Part shown: positions 36,707 to 49,014 of the stretch, in pieces
Position numbering within the stretch: the first letter of the stretch is position 1
How the letters are laid out: every line of letters begins with the position of its first letter
Assembly (NCBI GenBank): GCA_040285825.1
Contig: JAUPSS010000004.1
Span: forward strand, 2,212,550 to 2,276,549
DNA: 64,000 nucleotides
Source of the DNA: Eukaryota sp. TZLM1-RC
Lineage: Eukaryota; Protista; Metamonada: BaSk clade
Reading direction: 5' to 3'
The notes under the pieces: generated by a model
Told to the model about the DNA's origin: nothing
Seen by the model: the letters and a program-made list of their open reading frames with translations, nothing else
Database searches by the model: none
Translations under genes and position numbers: made by a program

Positions 36707-37389
36707 GTGTGTGAATTAATAACAAAAATCTGCTGTATTTTTGCAAAAATCATTTTTGTCCATTTGTTCCGCAACTTTTTTCTATGGCATCAAACGACAT
36801 TGTAACCTGTTCTTTAACAGAGTTTTAAGGTGTCCAATCCGATGATTGCAAAAGAATTTCTTCACTACTGCAGATTTTTTCAACTGGTTAAATTTTTTAG
36901 CTGATTTAATTGCTTAAAATTGATCACTTCTTGTTCTCCCATATACACGACTGCTAGAGGAATTGGCTTTATTCGAGGTGATCCTGTGCTAATAATGCAT
37001 CTTTCATTGCTGAATGTTCATCTATATTTAAACAGAACCACTTGATATAACTGTGTCCCATCTTGGTAGTGCCTATCAATTAAATGCAACGTGATTGTTC
37101 AACAAAGAATAGCATACCTGTGAACCAAGTTATACAAAACTTCGTGAAACAGTTTCCCAATGGGGAGAGGGAACCTTCGAAAAAGTTCTCACTTCTGAAC
37201 CAGTGAGATTTAACAGTTGGTCATACCAAATGGCAAAGTAAACGGGTGGAAGAACAAATTTTTCAGCACTCACCCATTCTGAAAGTTGAACAAATACAAT
37301 TGCTGTCCAGGTTTAACTTATTTAATAAAGAAATCATTATTTCTGTTACCAAAAAAATACTTGCAATTATTTCAAATAACCGTAATGTT

Positions 37390-38400
37390 TTAACAACATA
37401 TAAATCAACATCTAATTAACTCTTGCAAAACAAAAAACTAGATGCAACTTTCTCATAGTGAGACCCAAGAGAAAGTAGAGCATCAGAATCTTTCGTCAAC
37501 GTCCTCTTAAAAATAGAAAACGTAATTCTATTTTGTGCGCAACAATCTGTTCAAAATTCTATTGATATTCATGACTACAATGGTTTCAAAATATGCCAAA
37601 AATAGCAAAGCAGTGGTAGCAATGAACATAGAAGAGTACAAAAAGGGATACAATTTGTGTTTTGCATTGTAGAATTAGATTATTTGGATAAAGGTTCACT
37701 ATACTTTTGATTTGTAAATTTTCAATCATTCAAAAGAGGATTATGAGTTTCAGAATAAGCTTACTTTTAAGAAGAGACATAATAAAAGTCAATAGACGTC
37801 ACATCACTGAAATAGAGGTTTTTTCTGATCCAGGTAAAACGTAATCACCTCTGTTATTCTTATAGAAGTTAACTTAAATTTCAATTAGTTTGACAACAAT
37901 GGTTCCAGTACAGATTCAATTCTATGAGATTTACACATACAATATAATTGGTCTCTTACAGCATCATGAACCTTGCTTCTAGATGTAATAAACTGTTTGC
38001 CTATTAAAAAATGACTATTTTTGAAGAACCAAATCTTATCATCAAAGTGCAGGTAGAATCATTCAAGAAAGTGCCATGAACTTGAAGAGTGCTTGTTGCT
38101 AAAGCAGAAGACGTACTGTCACACATATTTTGTAACTGATTTACAATAGCGAAATTGTTACTCTTGGCCAACTTAAGCCTAACATCAACATTCTGGCTTT
38201 CAGGAATTTGCGACAGTTTTTTCTTCAGCAGTCTTTGCTACAAATGTTTGTTTTCATCAAAATGAATCCAATGTATGTATGTTGCTGTATTTTCGTAATG
38301 CCTTTAACTCAATTCATCGGTGCAGTATTCATGGTGCTTTGTTGAATTACTTGTTAGATTTGTTACCTTATTTCACCTCACATATTTTTAATCTCAGTAG
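37390..38400. mobile_element. Decayed CRE-like element: 3' part on minus (37390-38230), RT fragment on plus (38230-38400)
   Basis: Minus: HDAVRDQLY..CKSH, RGD and CIPF motifs. Plus: F.NAFNSIHR, similar to the reverse complement of 54440-54580. Confidence 0.65.
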
Positions 38401-38861
38401 CATTATTTAAATGGGAATTAGTATAGGATATGTTTTCAATATGAAAAGAAGCAATTCAAAAGTCCTTCACTTCCATTAGTGCCAACAACTAAATTCAATC
38501 AGTGAATTAAAATTTCCATTGTGGGACAAAGTGTTTCCCTACAAAATGCTGACACCTTTTTGGTCCAAACTATAGATGAATTGAAAAAAGCGATGTTCAA
38601 AACGCACTGAGTGGTGTGCATATCGCAGTAGGTCTTTAATAGAATCACCTATACATCTGTGAAAAACGAATAACCTTGTTGATCACACTGAATATAGCAG
38701 AAGCACTCCATTGACATTTCAAATTGGTTATTCATTGAGAAGAAGGTAACTTTACGCCCATTCGCTCAATTGTCAAAGAAAGATAAACTGACTGCAGAAT
38801 GCCAAAAAGGCGAGGAACATGAGTAATCAATCAAATCAAAGACTTTTGTACACTAACCCCA

Positions 38862-40892
38862 ATGAAGAGTGAGCTCTTACCTCACTCCTCGATTCCCTCA
38901 GATGTTTCTCTTGGTCATACCTCGCTGTCTGACCGAGATTCAGTTAATGTCGTCATTAGCTTATTCTTTTATCTTGTCTTCCTTGGAATTTTCTCATACG
39001 CTTTCCATCTTCAACGCCCCAACACTGCTGCATACTATTTTGCAGATGGTCTTAAGGATTTGTTTATCCGTGATGATATCAATGCAACATTTCATGTACA
39101 ACCCCTCACCTTTGAAGATCTCGACCACTACCTTGATATCTGGAACTATCTGAAAGGTGGTCTTCTACAACATGCTCTTGTAGGAACCTACTATAATTTC
39201 GAACCTTTACCTCCTGAAAGAGCTTATAAGTACATTATGCGGTACAATCGACTCTTAGGAGGCATCAGTCTTCGCACCATGAGAGTTCAGCAAGGTTCGT
39301 GTGAAGTTCCATCTGTCTTTTCTTCCATGATTGAGGACTGCCTTGATGATCTCACCTCAGACAACGAGGAGACGGCACCATACGGACCAGGTGGTATATG
39401 GAAGTGGGGAAGCTCTAGTGATCTCAGAGGCTATAATTACATGGGCTTTCACAACTCCTATAGAGGGAGCGGATATGCTGTTGACTTGCCTTTAAATAGG
39501 ACAGAAGCCATGGATTTTATTGAGTTTCTACAAGATAACGTGTTTATAGATCACCAAACTAGGGTCATTTTCATTGATTTTACCATCTACAATAGTGCTC
39601 TCAATTTGTTTTGTATTGTTAGATTAGGCGTTGAATTACCCGCTAGTGGCGGGTTTCATCCAGTTGCTACTTTCAGAACCCTGAAATTATTTAATTATTT
39701 AAGAAGTGAGGATTTTTTTAGATTGTTTTTCGAAATATTAGTTGTTATTGGCAATGTTGTGTGTTTAATTGTGGCTCTTCGTAAACTCAAACGCCAAGGT
39801 TTCTCTCAATATTTTGGATCTTTTTGGCATTTGATAGATTCTATTAGAATAATTGTTTTGTTTTGCATCTTTGGTTTAAGAATTTATGCCGTTTACACTT
39901 TAAGCTCCACTAGCACGAGACAGGCTGGCTATACTGAATCTGATGCCCATGTTTACCAATCTGTGGGTTTCTTGATGAATCAAGAACTTAATATAATGTC
40001 TGTGGTTGCTTTTTTAATGTGGTTTAATTTATTTAAATTTCTAGACCTTTCAAATAGACTTTCTCTGCTTACAAAGGTACTAAAATCAAGCGCAAAGGAT
40101 GTTGCGGCTTTTGCTGTTATCTTTGGTATTATCTTTATGGGCTATGCATTCGCTGGAAGATTAGCTTTTGGTATTGATGTTTACGAATATAGATCAATGA
40201 AACATTCCTTCTTATCGTTATTTAGAATGGTTGTTGGTGACTTTGACTATGATTCTATTTTTCTTGCAAACAGAGCTATTGGTCCTTTTTTTATCATCTC
40301 CTTCATGTTTTTAGTTTTCTTTATACTATTAAATATGTTTTTGGCTATTATTAACGACACGTTTACTGTTGTGCGGGAACAAGAAGCCCAAAACAAGGAA
40401 GATGTGCTGTTTAACACACTTAGTTCACTGACAAAATCGTTTAGGAGAAAACTAACTCGTAAATTTGAACCTGTGAATATGAGAAGAAATCCGCTTCTGC
40501 ATATTCTTAGTGGTAAAGATTCAATTAATTCAATATATTTGGAAGATTATTTCAAACAATTCAAGGATGAACGACATTCTTTGTTTGGCGATCTTCCAAC
40601 TAGTGATATCGTTTCCCAATTTGATTCAAATGGGGATGGAGTCCTCAGTAAATCAGAATTTAAAAAGCTTCAAAAACGAATAGAAGCTGAAACGTCATTT
40701 CTCCAAGAACAACAACTGTTCAAAATGTGGCAGCAGGCACAGTTTGAGAAATTCAAAGCAGGCGTTGAAACAGATAAAGTGGTTGCCTCTCTAGGCCAAA
40801 GAATGACCAGAATGGAGGGTTCGCTCGCGTCAATGAGTGCATCGTTAATGGAATTGAATTCATTGCTAAAGAAGAGTCGATATTCTAGATAG
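38862..40892 (+). CDS. PKD2: Polycystin-2 (TRPP/PKD2) channel
   Basis: NRLLGGISLR..RV...SC TOP domain, TRVIFIDF.IYN...NLF, GDFDY pore, FILLNMFLAIINDT S6 helix, C-terminal EF hand and coiled coil. Confidence 0.95.
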   Translation: MKSELLPHSSIPSDVSLGHTSLSDRDSVNVVISLFFYLVFLGIFSYAFHLQRPNTAAYYFADGLKDLFIRDDINATFHVQPLTFEDLDHYLDIWNYLKGGLLQHALVGTYYNFEPLPPERAYKYIMRYNRLLGGISLRTMRVQQGSCEVPSVFSSMIEDCLDDLTSDNEETAPYGPGGIWKWGSSSDLRGYNYMGFHNSYRGSGYAVDLPLNRTEAMDFIEFLQDNVFIDHQTRVIFIDFTIYNSALNLFCIVRLGVELPASGGFHPVATFRTLKLFNYLRSEDFFRLFFEILVVIGNVVCLIVALRKLKRQGFSQYFGSFWHLIDSIRIIVLFCIFGLRIYAVYTLSSTSTRQAGYTESDAHVYQSVGFLMNQELNIMSVVAFLMWFNLFKFLDLSNRLSLLTKVLKSSAKDVAAFAVIFGIIFMGYAFAGRLAFGIDVYEYRSMKHSFLSLFRMVVGDFDYDSIFLANRAIGPFFIISFMFLVFFILLNMFLAIINDTFTVVREQEAQNKEDVLFNTLSSLTKSFRRKLTRKFEPVNMRRNPLLHILSGKDSINSIYLEDYFKQFKDERHSLFGDLPTSDIVSQFDSNGDGVLSKSEFKKLQKRIEAETSFLQEQQLFKMWQQAQFEKFKAGVETDKVVASLGQRMTRMEGSLASMSASLMELNSLLKKSRYSR

Positions 40893-42276
40893 TTTATTTA
40901 AAAATATAATTATTATTGAATTAAATAAGTTTTGATTACTGTTTTTGTTCTTACATTTTTGTAGAATATGATTTAATTTTGCCCGTTTAAAAGATAGAAA
41001 GCCATCAAGTAAATTATAAATCAAATAATTGTTCTTTTAATTCGCACTAACTATATACCCAAGTTTTGAACCAAATAGGAATAAGAATTGAAGATGATTT
41101 CAGCTCAACTGGCATTGGTTAAGAAGAGCAATAGTTTCACTACACTGAACATTGCCTTTAGTCAAGGAACAGAAAGCATGTTGTGTCAAGAGAAGCTATT
41201 AATGTAATTAAAGCAAATGGAACTGAGTGGTAAGGGGTCAGATTAATATTCATTTAATATATTTAACAAAATGCGCTTGACAGTAACAAATCATAAAGGA
41301 AATCAATCATAGACTATGAGTCCCTACTGAAGACATTAGAAGAAGTTACCAGCAGTTTAAGTGAGAATTAATGGGGTTTAATGAGGTGTTAGATTCGCAG
41401 ACTACAGTATCACCTTGAAGAATACATCATTCTTTAAATATAAATCAATTAATTTTTTAATTTGTATTAGAAATTGTATAACTTCCCATTACAATAATGT
41501 GAATACTGCCCCATGAATCTACTGTAATAGGCTTTTATGATTGTTCTCATATAATAGGATGGAAAAATTGGAAAATCTTGAGTTAATTCTTTTTTTCTAT
41601 GGATGGCTAAGGGTTTTTTTCATTTGGGTTAACCTCCACATATTTGCTATTCAGTGTTTTATACTTGGTTGTACGTGATCTTGATTTAGCAAGCCTGATT
41701 CCAATTTATCAACTTCAAGTTTTACTATCATGTTTATCATCTTCGCTTGCTAATCGTCAATTTCTCTAGCATGTTAGAGTTGAAGTTTTCAAATATGTAG
41801 GTCAAAACAAAGTCAAATCACCCGATTACTTGATTAAATTAAATTTTAATTAAATTTAAGACTATTTCTGACAAAATGTGAATGTCTATACTTATTCCTT
41901 ATTCCTTATTATCCTTAAATCCTTATTCAAGTAGAATCTCTAAAATTCTCCTATATTGTCAGCAAAACTCAAATCAAACTGTTATTTGGAGTTGAGAGAT
42001 CACAAAGTAACCCAATTTTGCCAACTATTTTCGTTCCATGCAACCCACCTAGTGTACTTTAGTTTCAACTCGTCGACTGTAACAACGCGATTAGTCTTGA
42101 TTTCGCTGCAGTTCTCGAATTCTATCCAACTTATTTTGCAATATAACTATAAACTGTGAATTTCACTTATCATGCATTCCCCTGTGAAATTCACTCCTGT
42201 TTTCAACTCCCTCAGTGTCTACTCACAGGCTGTAAGAGACATGTAGCATCATTTGACAAAGACAATCATAATGTTC

Positions 42277-42400
42277 ATCAATGGGCTACCTCACTTAAAT
42301 ACACCTACTGTTTTCACAGAACAAAGCCTCGCGACTTGATGTATCTAAGTGGATCTACCAAATGCTACTAAGGCATTTGTAGATCGGTCTCAAAAGTTTT
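42277..42400 (-). ncRNA. Candidate Fanzor family B omegaRNA scaffold (best-paired copy)
   Basis: Stems GATCTACAAATGC/GCATTTGGTAGATC and CACTTAGATACATC/GGTGTATTTAAGTG. Confidence 0.6.
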
Positions 42401-42426
42401 TGTTTCTGTATGCTCAGGTTCCCCAT

Positions 42427-44420
42427 TCATCTTCTCAACAGAGCATCTGGGCAAATGTATCTTTCCGGCCACAATTCCGCTTTCTTCTTAATTTGAATAT
42501 TTTTTGCAGCGGAAATATCTCTGTCATATACTATTTGACACTCAGTACAAATACGCATCTGCCATGAGCCTGCTTGAATATTCTCGGCCATGCAACAACT
42601 TGACATTTTGCTTGTATTAAATTCACTGGTTAACAAGTGCTTCATGTCCTTTTGATAACACAACCATTTTCTGAAAGCCCTTGCTGATCCATATCGATTG
42701 ACTTTTCGGCAATGAGAAGGGAAATTAGCAGAACCCACAGCAAGATAGAGTTTTTCAGGATGTCCAGCCAGCCTTTGAAATTTCTTGAGACTCTCTCTGA
42801 ACCGTCTCTCTTTTCGTCTGCGGTTATCAAATTTAATTATTTTCCATTTCTGGCGATTACTTTCCAAGTACACTTTCCTCCTGACCCAATTCCAATGGTG
42901 CAAATAATGGTTTAAATTTTGAACGGAATATTGGTTGGGAGAGTGTTTACTGGTTGAAGGTTCTGTCATGTATCTCCTGCCAGTTGGACAAGGGATAACT
43001 CAACATTGATTATCATTTAAGAAGTAACCACATAATCTAGATTGGCCCAGATCAACGCTGATAAGGGACCTTTCAGGTAAAATTTCGACTGGATGTCTAC
43101 GTCTTCGACGGGGCATTTTTTTACTGCCCTTCAATTCAATTGTGTTTCTCTGGTTTTGTTGGCATTAGGGTCACTTTTCATTTCATTTTTTGATCTTCTT
43201 TTCTTTTTCGGTGGTTCATCCAGCTCATCTGTGTTTTCTGAGTCATTATTTTTACCTTCAAAGGTCAAAAGCAGTTCATTACCATTAGTTTTCAATACAA
43301 TTTTGTTAAATCTATTTTTCAAACTTTTTCTGTTGATATTGAATTTTTGGTAAGGGCATTGTTTGAATAATCGTTTCAGACATGTATTTTTGATAAACTT
43401 TGTTTTGGAAGATGATCCTTCAATAATTGGAAATTTTTTCACAGAATGCAAAACATGTGAAGGTACCTCAAGAAATTTAGAACCTTTATGAGAAGCTAAA
43501 TATTATTCTAAATTTTTTCCAGCAATTGCTTATGAGAAGGGAATGTGAGTAAATATTGTGAAATTTGAAGATTTAAGAGAAAAAGCTCACCAATTTCCTT
43601 TGAAGAAAAGACGGTTGTATCACTTGAAGATAGTGAAGAAGCAGTGGCAGGAAATATTTGAAAGAAATTTAAAATAAGATTACCTGCATTTAATAAGAAG
43701 AATCTTTCTCTTGAATTATTAAGATGAAAATTGATGTAGCGTTTGAGAATAGAATGAATAACTACTTCTTTGTGTTGCTCATTTTCTGTTATTGCACTAG
43801 CTTCCAGAGGTGCTAAGGGTTCATCTGGTGTAAGAGAGAACAAATAATTGGCAAAGACATTCGTCTTATCAAGAGTTCTACAATGAGCACGAATGAAGTT
43901 TTGTGTCCAGTATTGACAAATTTTAGGTAAACTTGTCTTAACATTAGATGCAAATCGCCGAGCCCGACAAGCAAGGTAAGGAAAAAATCCTTTTCTATTA
44001 ATAAAATTGCATCTCTGTGTCTGGCGCCAATCATTGAGGAAAATATTGAGTGAATTTCTATATAAAAACTAGAAAATTTTCCCATGTTGCAACAAGAGAC
44101 ATGTCTTGTGGACATTCAGGAAGAAATCCACTGTAAAACATAAGTAGAAATTGGCGTTGTTCTTTGGCGGTGGATGGCTTTGGAAAAGAACCAGTGGTGA
44201 TGACGGTCATAAATAGATACCATACATTCTGTTCCACTAAAGCTCTAGATCCCAACGAGAAATTCAAAAGAAAAGATTGAAGCAATAAAAAAGCTTCATG
44301 ACAAATCTCAGGGACCAAAGGAAGGTCAGTCCGAATTTGATTAAATGCAGTAGGGGTCAGCAGCAAGTTAAGTGCACATGACCGAGTGAATACACGTGAC
44401 GCAGGAGGGGTCTCTGACAT
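42427..44420 (-). pseudogene. Fanzor family B, chimeric copy (3' part diverged, 5' part identical to the left-arm copy)
   Basis: ISVDLG, LAVGSANF, SEFNTSKMSSCC, CTEC and YDRDISAAKNI; all three RuvC acidic residues present but frames broken. Confidence 0.88.
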
Positions 44421-44989
44421 GTAGTGAGAATAAACATCTCATCTATCAAATTTTACACTTGTCACCCCATTTTCGACTTATCGCTGCCTGTTCTGGGAGG
44501 TTTTTTAACCCACAACTTTGCTTTTAGAGGTTTTCACTGTTCACTCATTTCCCATCACTTCCGAAACTAGATTCTGGTTATATCCGCAACGAAACCATGA
44601 ATATACCTCCTTGCGCAACAAGTGTTCTTCTTTCAATACCCTGTCCTATTTTGGTCTCTTGTGTGGTTTTTATGGATAGTTGTTTCCTGATTCATTCTTA
44701 TTTCCCTTACTTACCTTCTTTTCCGAGCCTTAGGACTTCCCCTGTACTCTTTTTAGGTGTTTTTCTACTCATTTGTGACTTGTGTTTACCTTATACTTGC
44801 AGTTGATTCCCTTCTGAAAACATTTGTTAGACTCGCCCTTAAACCCTCTCATCATGATAAGTGATGTTGTCCTCCATCATCATAACTATTTGAATGATAA
44901 ATATGAAGGTGATTGTGTAATGTAGGACAGAGATGTTTATTAATTTTAACAAGTACTGTTACTTTGAAAATATTCCCATTTTTTAGTAT

Positions 44990-45545
44990 TTAGGTTGATG
45001 AAGATACTGTGATTTCTTTTGGTCGAAATAGGGGTGATTTAATGCTTGAAGGTCTTGAAAGTACTACCATTATTACGGATGTGAGATCCACTGATGTGTG
45101 TAATGATTCATTTATACCAATGGCTCAATCAAAATATAAGGACCTCTTATCTGTTTTCCTAAATAGCCAAAATTGAGAATCATAAAGCAAAATTGCTATG
45201 CTTGGATGCAGATTCGCATATTCATTATGTCCTCTGTCCATTTGCAGTTTCCCTTCATGGCTCGATTGGACCTCTTGCTGTATCTTTCTTGGAGCATTTT
45301 GTTGAAATTGTGAAACAACGTACTGGAAGAGTTTTTGACAAGAGTTTTTGGCAAAACAGAATTGTATTTTCAATTTTCAAAGGTGTTGTTCCCTTATTAT
45401 CTTCTGCTTTGTTATCTCTTGGAAGCTTTTATGAAAAGAAAACTTTCAGCCAATTCTTCTCGGCTGATTTGGGTTATGAAGATTTAGAATTTTAACTTTG
45501 TCATATAGCTTTTTATTGAAATAAATCATATATATCAAAAAAAAG
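44990..45545 (+). mobile_element. CRE-like 3' fragment (duplicated)
   Basis: Mirror of 32305-32860. Confidence 0.8.
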
Positions 45546-46300
45546 TAGTATTTTCCACAAAACAAACTAGTTTTGTACTGTAGTTGACGTTTGTAAGTTC
45601 AGAATGCTTTCCGTCAAATAGACCTGTGATTTAATTGATTTAGCTTGAGTAAATGGATAAGCTTAATCACTATGATTTTGTACATTACATAGTTGAATTC
45701 TGCTAAATCTCATAAGGGAGGCGGTGCAGGTTTATGAGGAAAGGGAGTTGACAGAAAGATTCACGAATGGAGCGACATAGATTGAAAGAATTAGGCCACG
45801 GTGATTCTGAAGGGGATTATTGTTGAAACCCAATAGACACCAAAGGTTTTTAATGTCAAAAAGTGAAAACATTAAAGAATTCTTGCTCTGTGGTTGATTT
45901 CTATGTTGAATACAATTCCCCCAAACATTCCCAATTTCAGTTTTCCCCCAAAACTCCCCCAAACAATATACTATTGTGGATATAATCCCATTGCCCAATC
46001 TTTTGTTATGTCTCTTTCTGCTCACCGCATCAATTCCGATGCTTTGCTTTCTTTTGGATCTGACTATGAGAAAGTTGGAGCTAGTGTTTTTGTTTTGGAA
46101 GAGATGGATTTTTTAGATGTTGATTTATAGGTTTTTAATAACAAAATTGAAAAAAATATACACACCTTAAACATGTGGTCTGTGACATATTACAGTATGA
46201 ATGGAGATAATGTTAAGACATCATTGTGTCTGATTGAAGTAGAAGTGAGAAAATTGAAATTTGTTCATTATTTTGACTGGTTACCACACAGGTGAAAGTC

Positions 46301-46678
46301 TTAAAGCTGCATTGTGTCAGAATCATCAAACATGATTTGATGATTTTCAATCAAACAATCAGGATTTTTTTTATCTAGTATTGTTCTGTTGATATACCTC
46401 ATGGCAATTTCTGTCGATGCACGGGTATAGTATTCAACGAAGCAAAAACCGCATGGTTTGAGTGATTTCTTGTTGAGTCCCATAATGATACGTTTGATAC
46501 AAACAGCACGAGAGAAAAGAGCATGAATCTGCTCCTCTGATGTGTAAAAAGAAAGAATTCCGACATAAAGAGTAATAGTAGCTGCAAGCAAGGAGTCTAT
46601 CTCTTCCTTGGTTTTACCAGTCTGACGTAATCTATAGTAGTACTTGTGTTTGAAAATCTCCGACCCAACGGCCGACAT
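46301..46678 (-). pseudogene. NCBP2: Truncated CBP20 (duplicated copy, open frame)
   Basis: 125-aa ORF with the CBP20 RRM; lacks the conserved C-terminal cap-binding segment. Confidence 0.8.
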
Positions 46679-47038
46679 AAGTTGAGATTTGTGGTGTTAG
46701 AAGGCGTGAGCATAGTGTTATTTGTAGGGAGAAGGTTCTTAGTAGAGTAAGTGATGAAATGTTGTAAGTGATGAAATGAAATTCAATTATGAATCTGGGG
46801 AATGATGACAAACAACCCAACCAAACTCCACTCACCAACTTTTGTAACATGTAGTTCTTGTCTGAAGAAAGGAAAATATACAGAAAGCAATCTTGCACGA
46901 TATCTATCGTTAATAAACACTTGTAACTAACTTTACTTTGAATTGACAACTATAAGATTGATTGACTTCAACAAATTTTCAATTTTAGAAAATAAATTTT
47001 CAATCATTTCTGACTGTTTCCGTTCTGTGTTGACTGCC

Positions 47039-48891
47039 ATGGATAACGTTCTACAAACTACAACTGTGGGAGCGTCTGTCAACCAGTTCTTCGACTCAGA
47101 GGCACAAGAAGCTATGGAACGCTAGTTCCAAGTTCTTGCTAATATTGGAGCTCATGCTACTCACCTAGCACGACTTTTTGTGCTCCAATACCCAGAACAC
47201 TCTATGTGGCTTACTCAAAGCCAGTTCTGGAGCCTCTGTTTCGACTTTGTTTGCCAAAGTGAGCCTAAACAAAGGAGGCCATTTGAGAACCATCCTTTGG
47301 TTTACCAAGCGCTGCAACACCTTGTTCAGCACTTTTGGGCTTGGCGACCGCTGAATGAAACCACCTTAGCCGACGGTGGTAGATTTTGGTGTCTTTCCAC
47401 TCTTCTTGGCAGTCGAGCCATCCAACTGCGAGAAGCCTTTTGTCAGTTGCTTGCTGACGGCCCTGTTGTCTGGAAACGCAATTTTTTCAAGAGCTGTGTT
47501 CAGTTTCTCAATTGCCCCTGGCCCAAGAAGTACGCCGACTGTGTACTTCAAGGAATTCAGCCAGATGAGTCAATTTTACAATGGTATCAAGAAATACACC
47601 AGCATATCTCGGTCCATTGGCTCAATTTGACAGCCAACGCCTATATTGGTGGTGGTGAAAATTTGTTCGAAAATTCAATAGGAAACGAATGATTTTCCAT
47701 CAATATGGAATCTGCGGCAACAATCGTTCAATCTAGCTTGAACATTTTGACTTTTTTAGAAGATAACTGCCCTGATGTGATGAAAAGGCACTCTCTCACC
47801 ACTGTCCAGTTGGTCTTTATGCTTTTGCAGCAGAAGCTTATTTAACAAAACTAAATGCAAACAAAGAGCTTCTGAACAACCCTTATCTGTTTTTTGATAA
47901 ATCCAAATTTATTAACTATACCATTTTTTCAAATGGTGATTCTTTGCGGTTTACGTTTACCCAGAAGGAAAGAAAAACTTATAATAGGCCAAGTAAAGCG
48001 GAATTGGAGCCCAGGCGAGCCTCTGGAAATTATGTTTTTCATAACTCTGAAAGGAAACGAAAATCCATTGTCCATAGAACAGCAAATCCACAGAGAAGAC
48101 CGCGGTTACCAGTGGAACAACAGCCCAATTACAGAGATCCTGATGAAAATTTGTTTTTTGTAGCCATTGATCCCAACTACAGCAATCTTTGTGGTTGGAC
48201 TGCTGGTTCTTTCCGAAATTCTGCACCTGTTTTTGAACGTTCTGGACTGCTACTGAATCCAAAAGAACGAAGACTAAATCACCCTCCTCCTCTCACTCAA
48301 GCAACTCCTGATACTTATTCCGCTCAGAGCTTTCAAGAGTATCTGATTGAAATAAGTTTACCTTATGTTCTTGAATCTGAAGAAGAGCCTGAATATTCCT
48401 CAATTATGTCTGGAAATATGCAGCGTGGTGCAAGAAAAAAACTTAGAAGAAATAAGTTTGATTTTTTCATAATAAGGCAAAAGAGAATAACTAGTTTTAT
48501 TAACAAAATTTAACGCTTGTCTGAAGTAAGAAACACTATAGTTTGTTTCGGCAATGGCGGTGGTGGTCCATCTCGTCAATCTGTGAAATCCCCCCAAAAG
48601 AGATTTCTCAAACAAATCAAAAAACACTTTGAAAGCCTCAAAGTCGGGGACGAGTTGATGACCTCAGCAAAAGTGAATTGCTGTAAGGTCTTTCATAGAA
48701 AGATCTATCCTGATGACGGAAGGGTAAATAACGCTAAGTTCAATTGCCCTCGATGTCAGATCAACTGGTCTAGGGACATCTCAGCCTCCAGAAACCAGCT
48801 GGAGATTGTAATTAGTGAGTATTTCACTGGTACTAGTCCAGAACCATTCAGAAGGCCAAGGCGTGTGAGACGTCTAAGGAGACAGCAGTAG
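47039..48891 (+). pseudogene. Fanzor1 family A, full-length pseudogene (duplicated)
   Basis: Same motifs as 28959-30811; stops at 47123 (TAG), 47690 (TGA) and 48511 (TAA); one frameshift near 47810. Confidence 0.88.
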
Positions 48892-48949
48892 CTTTTTAAT
48901 CAACGTATTTCCAAGGTGTTTAGTGTATACTAACCCTTGGTGCTGAGAA
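48870..48949 (+). ncRNA. Candidate Fanzor family A omegaRNA scaffold
   Basis: Hairpin CCAAGG-TGTTTAGT-GTAT-ACTAAC-CCTTGG; tail conserved in the diverged copy at 49819-49900; homology ends at GCTGAGAA. Confidence 0.55.
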
Positions 48950-49014
48950 GTTTATTCAATTATTAGGGATATTTATTCAATATTCACTCTGTGTGAAATT
49001 CTCAGCTCCAACTG

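Larger units (their letters stand above)
43392..49014. repeat. Right arm of the inverted duplication
   Basis: Reverse complement of 28836-34460. Confidence 0.97.

Noticed and set aside
36167-36805. Long antisense and alternate-frame ORFs (also 55780-56292, 60813-61250, 21858-22181)
   Set aside because: Shadows of well-supported genes, with no motifs of their own.
36800-37350. Coding-like but broken stretches (also 1-560, 38400-38800, 41000-42270, 57130-57660, 59200-59660)
   Set aside because: Probably decayed genes or elements, but I could not assign any motif with confidence.
43392-43440. Fanzor-A predicted guide matching near the inner duplication junction
   Set aside because: Only an 8-nt AT-rich match (CAATTATT), expected by chance.
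47039-48891. Alternative genetic code or stop reassignment explaining the in-frame stops in Fanzor A
   Set aside because: All three stop types occur along with a frameshift, and host genes terminate normally with TAA, TAG and TGA.
28836-49014. Inverted arms as a simple long-read fold-back artefact
   Set aside because: There is a unique multi-kb spacer, and the junctions fall coherently within a diverged Fanzor copy. Not fully excluded without reads.
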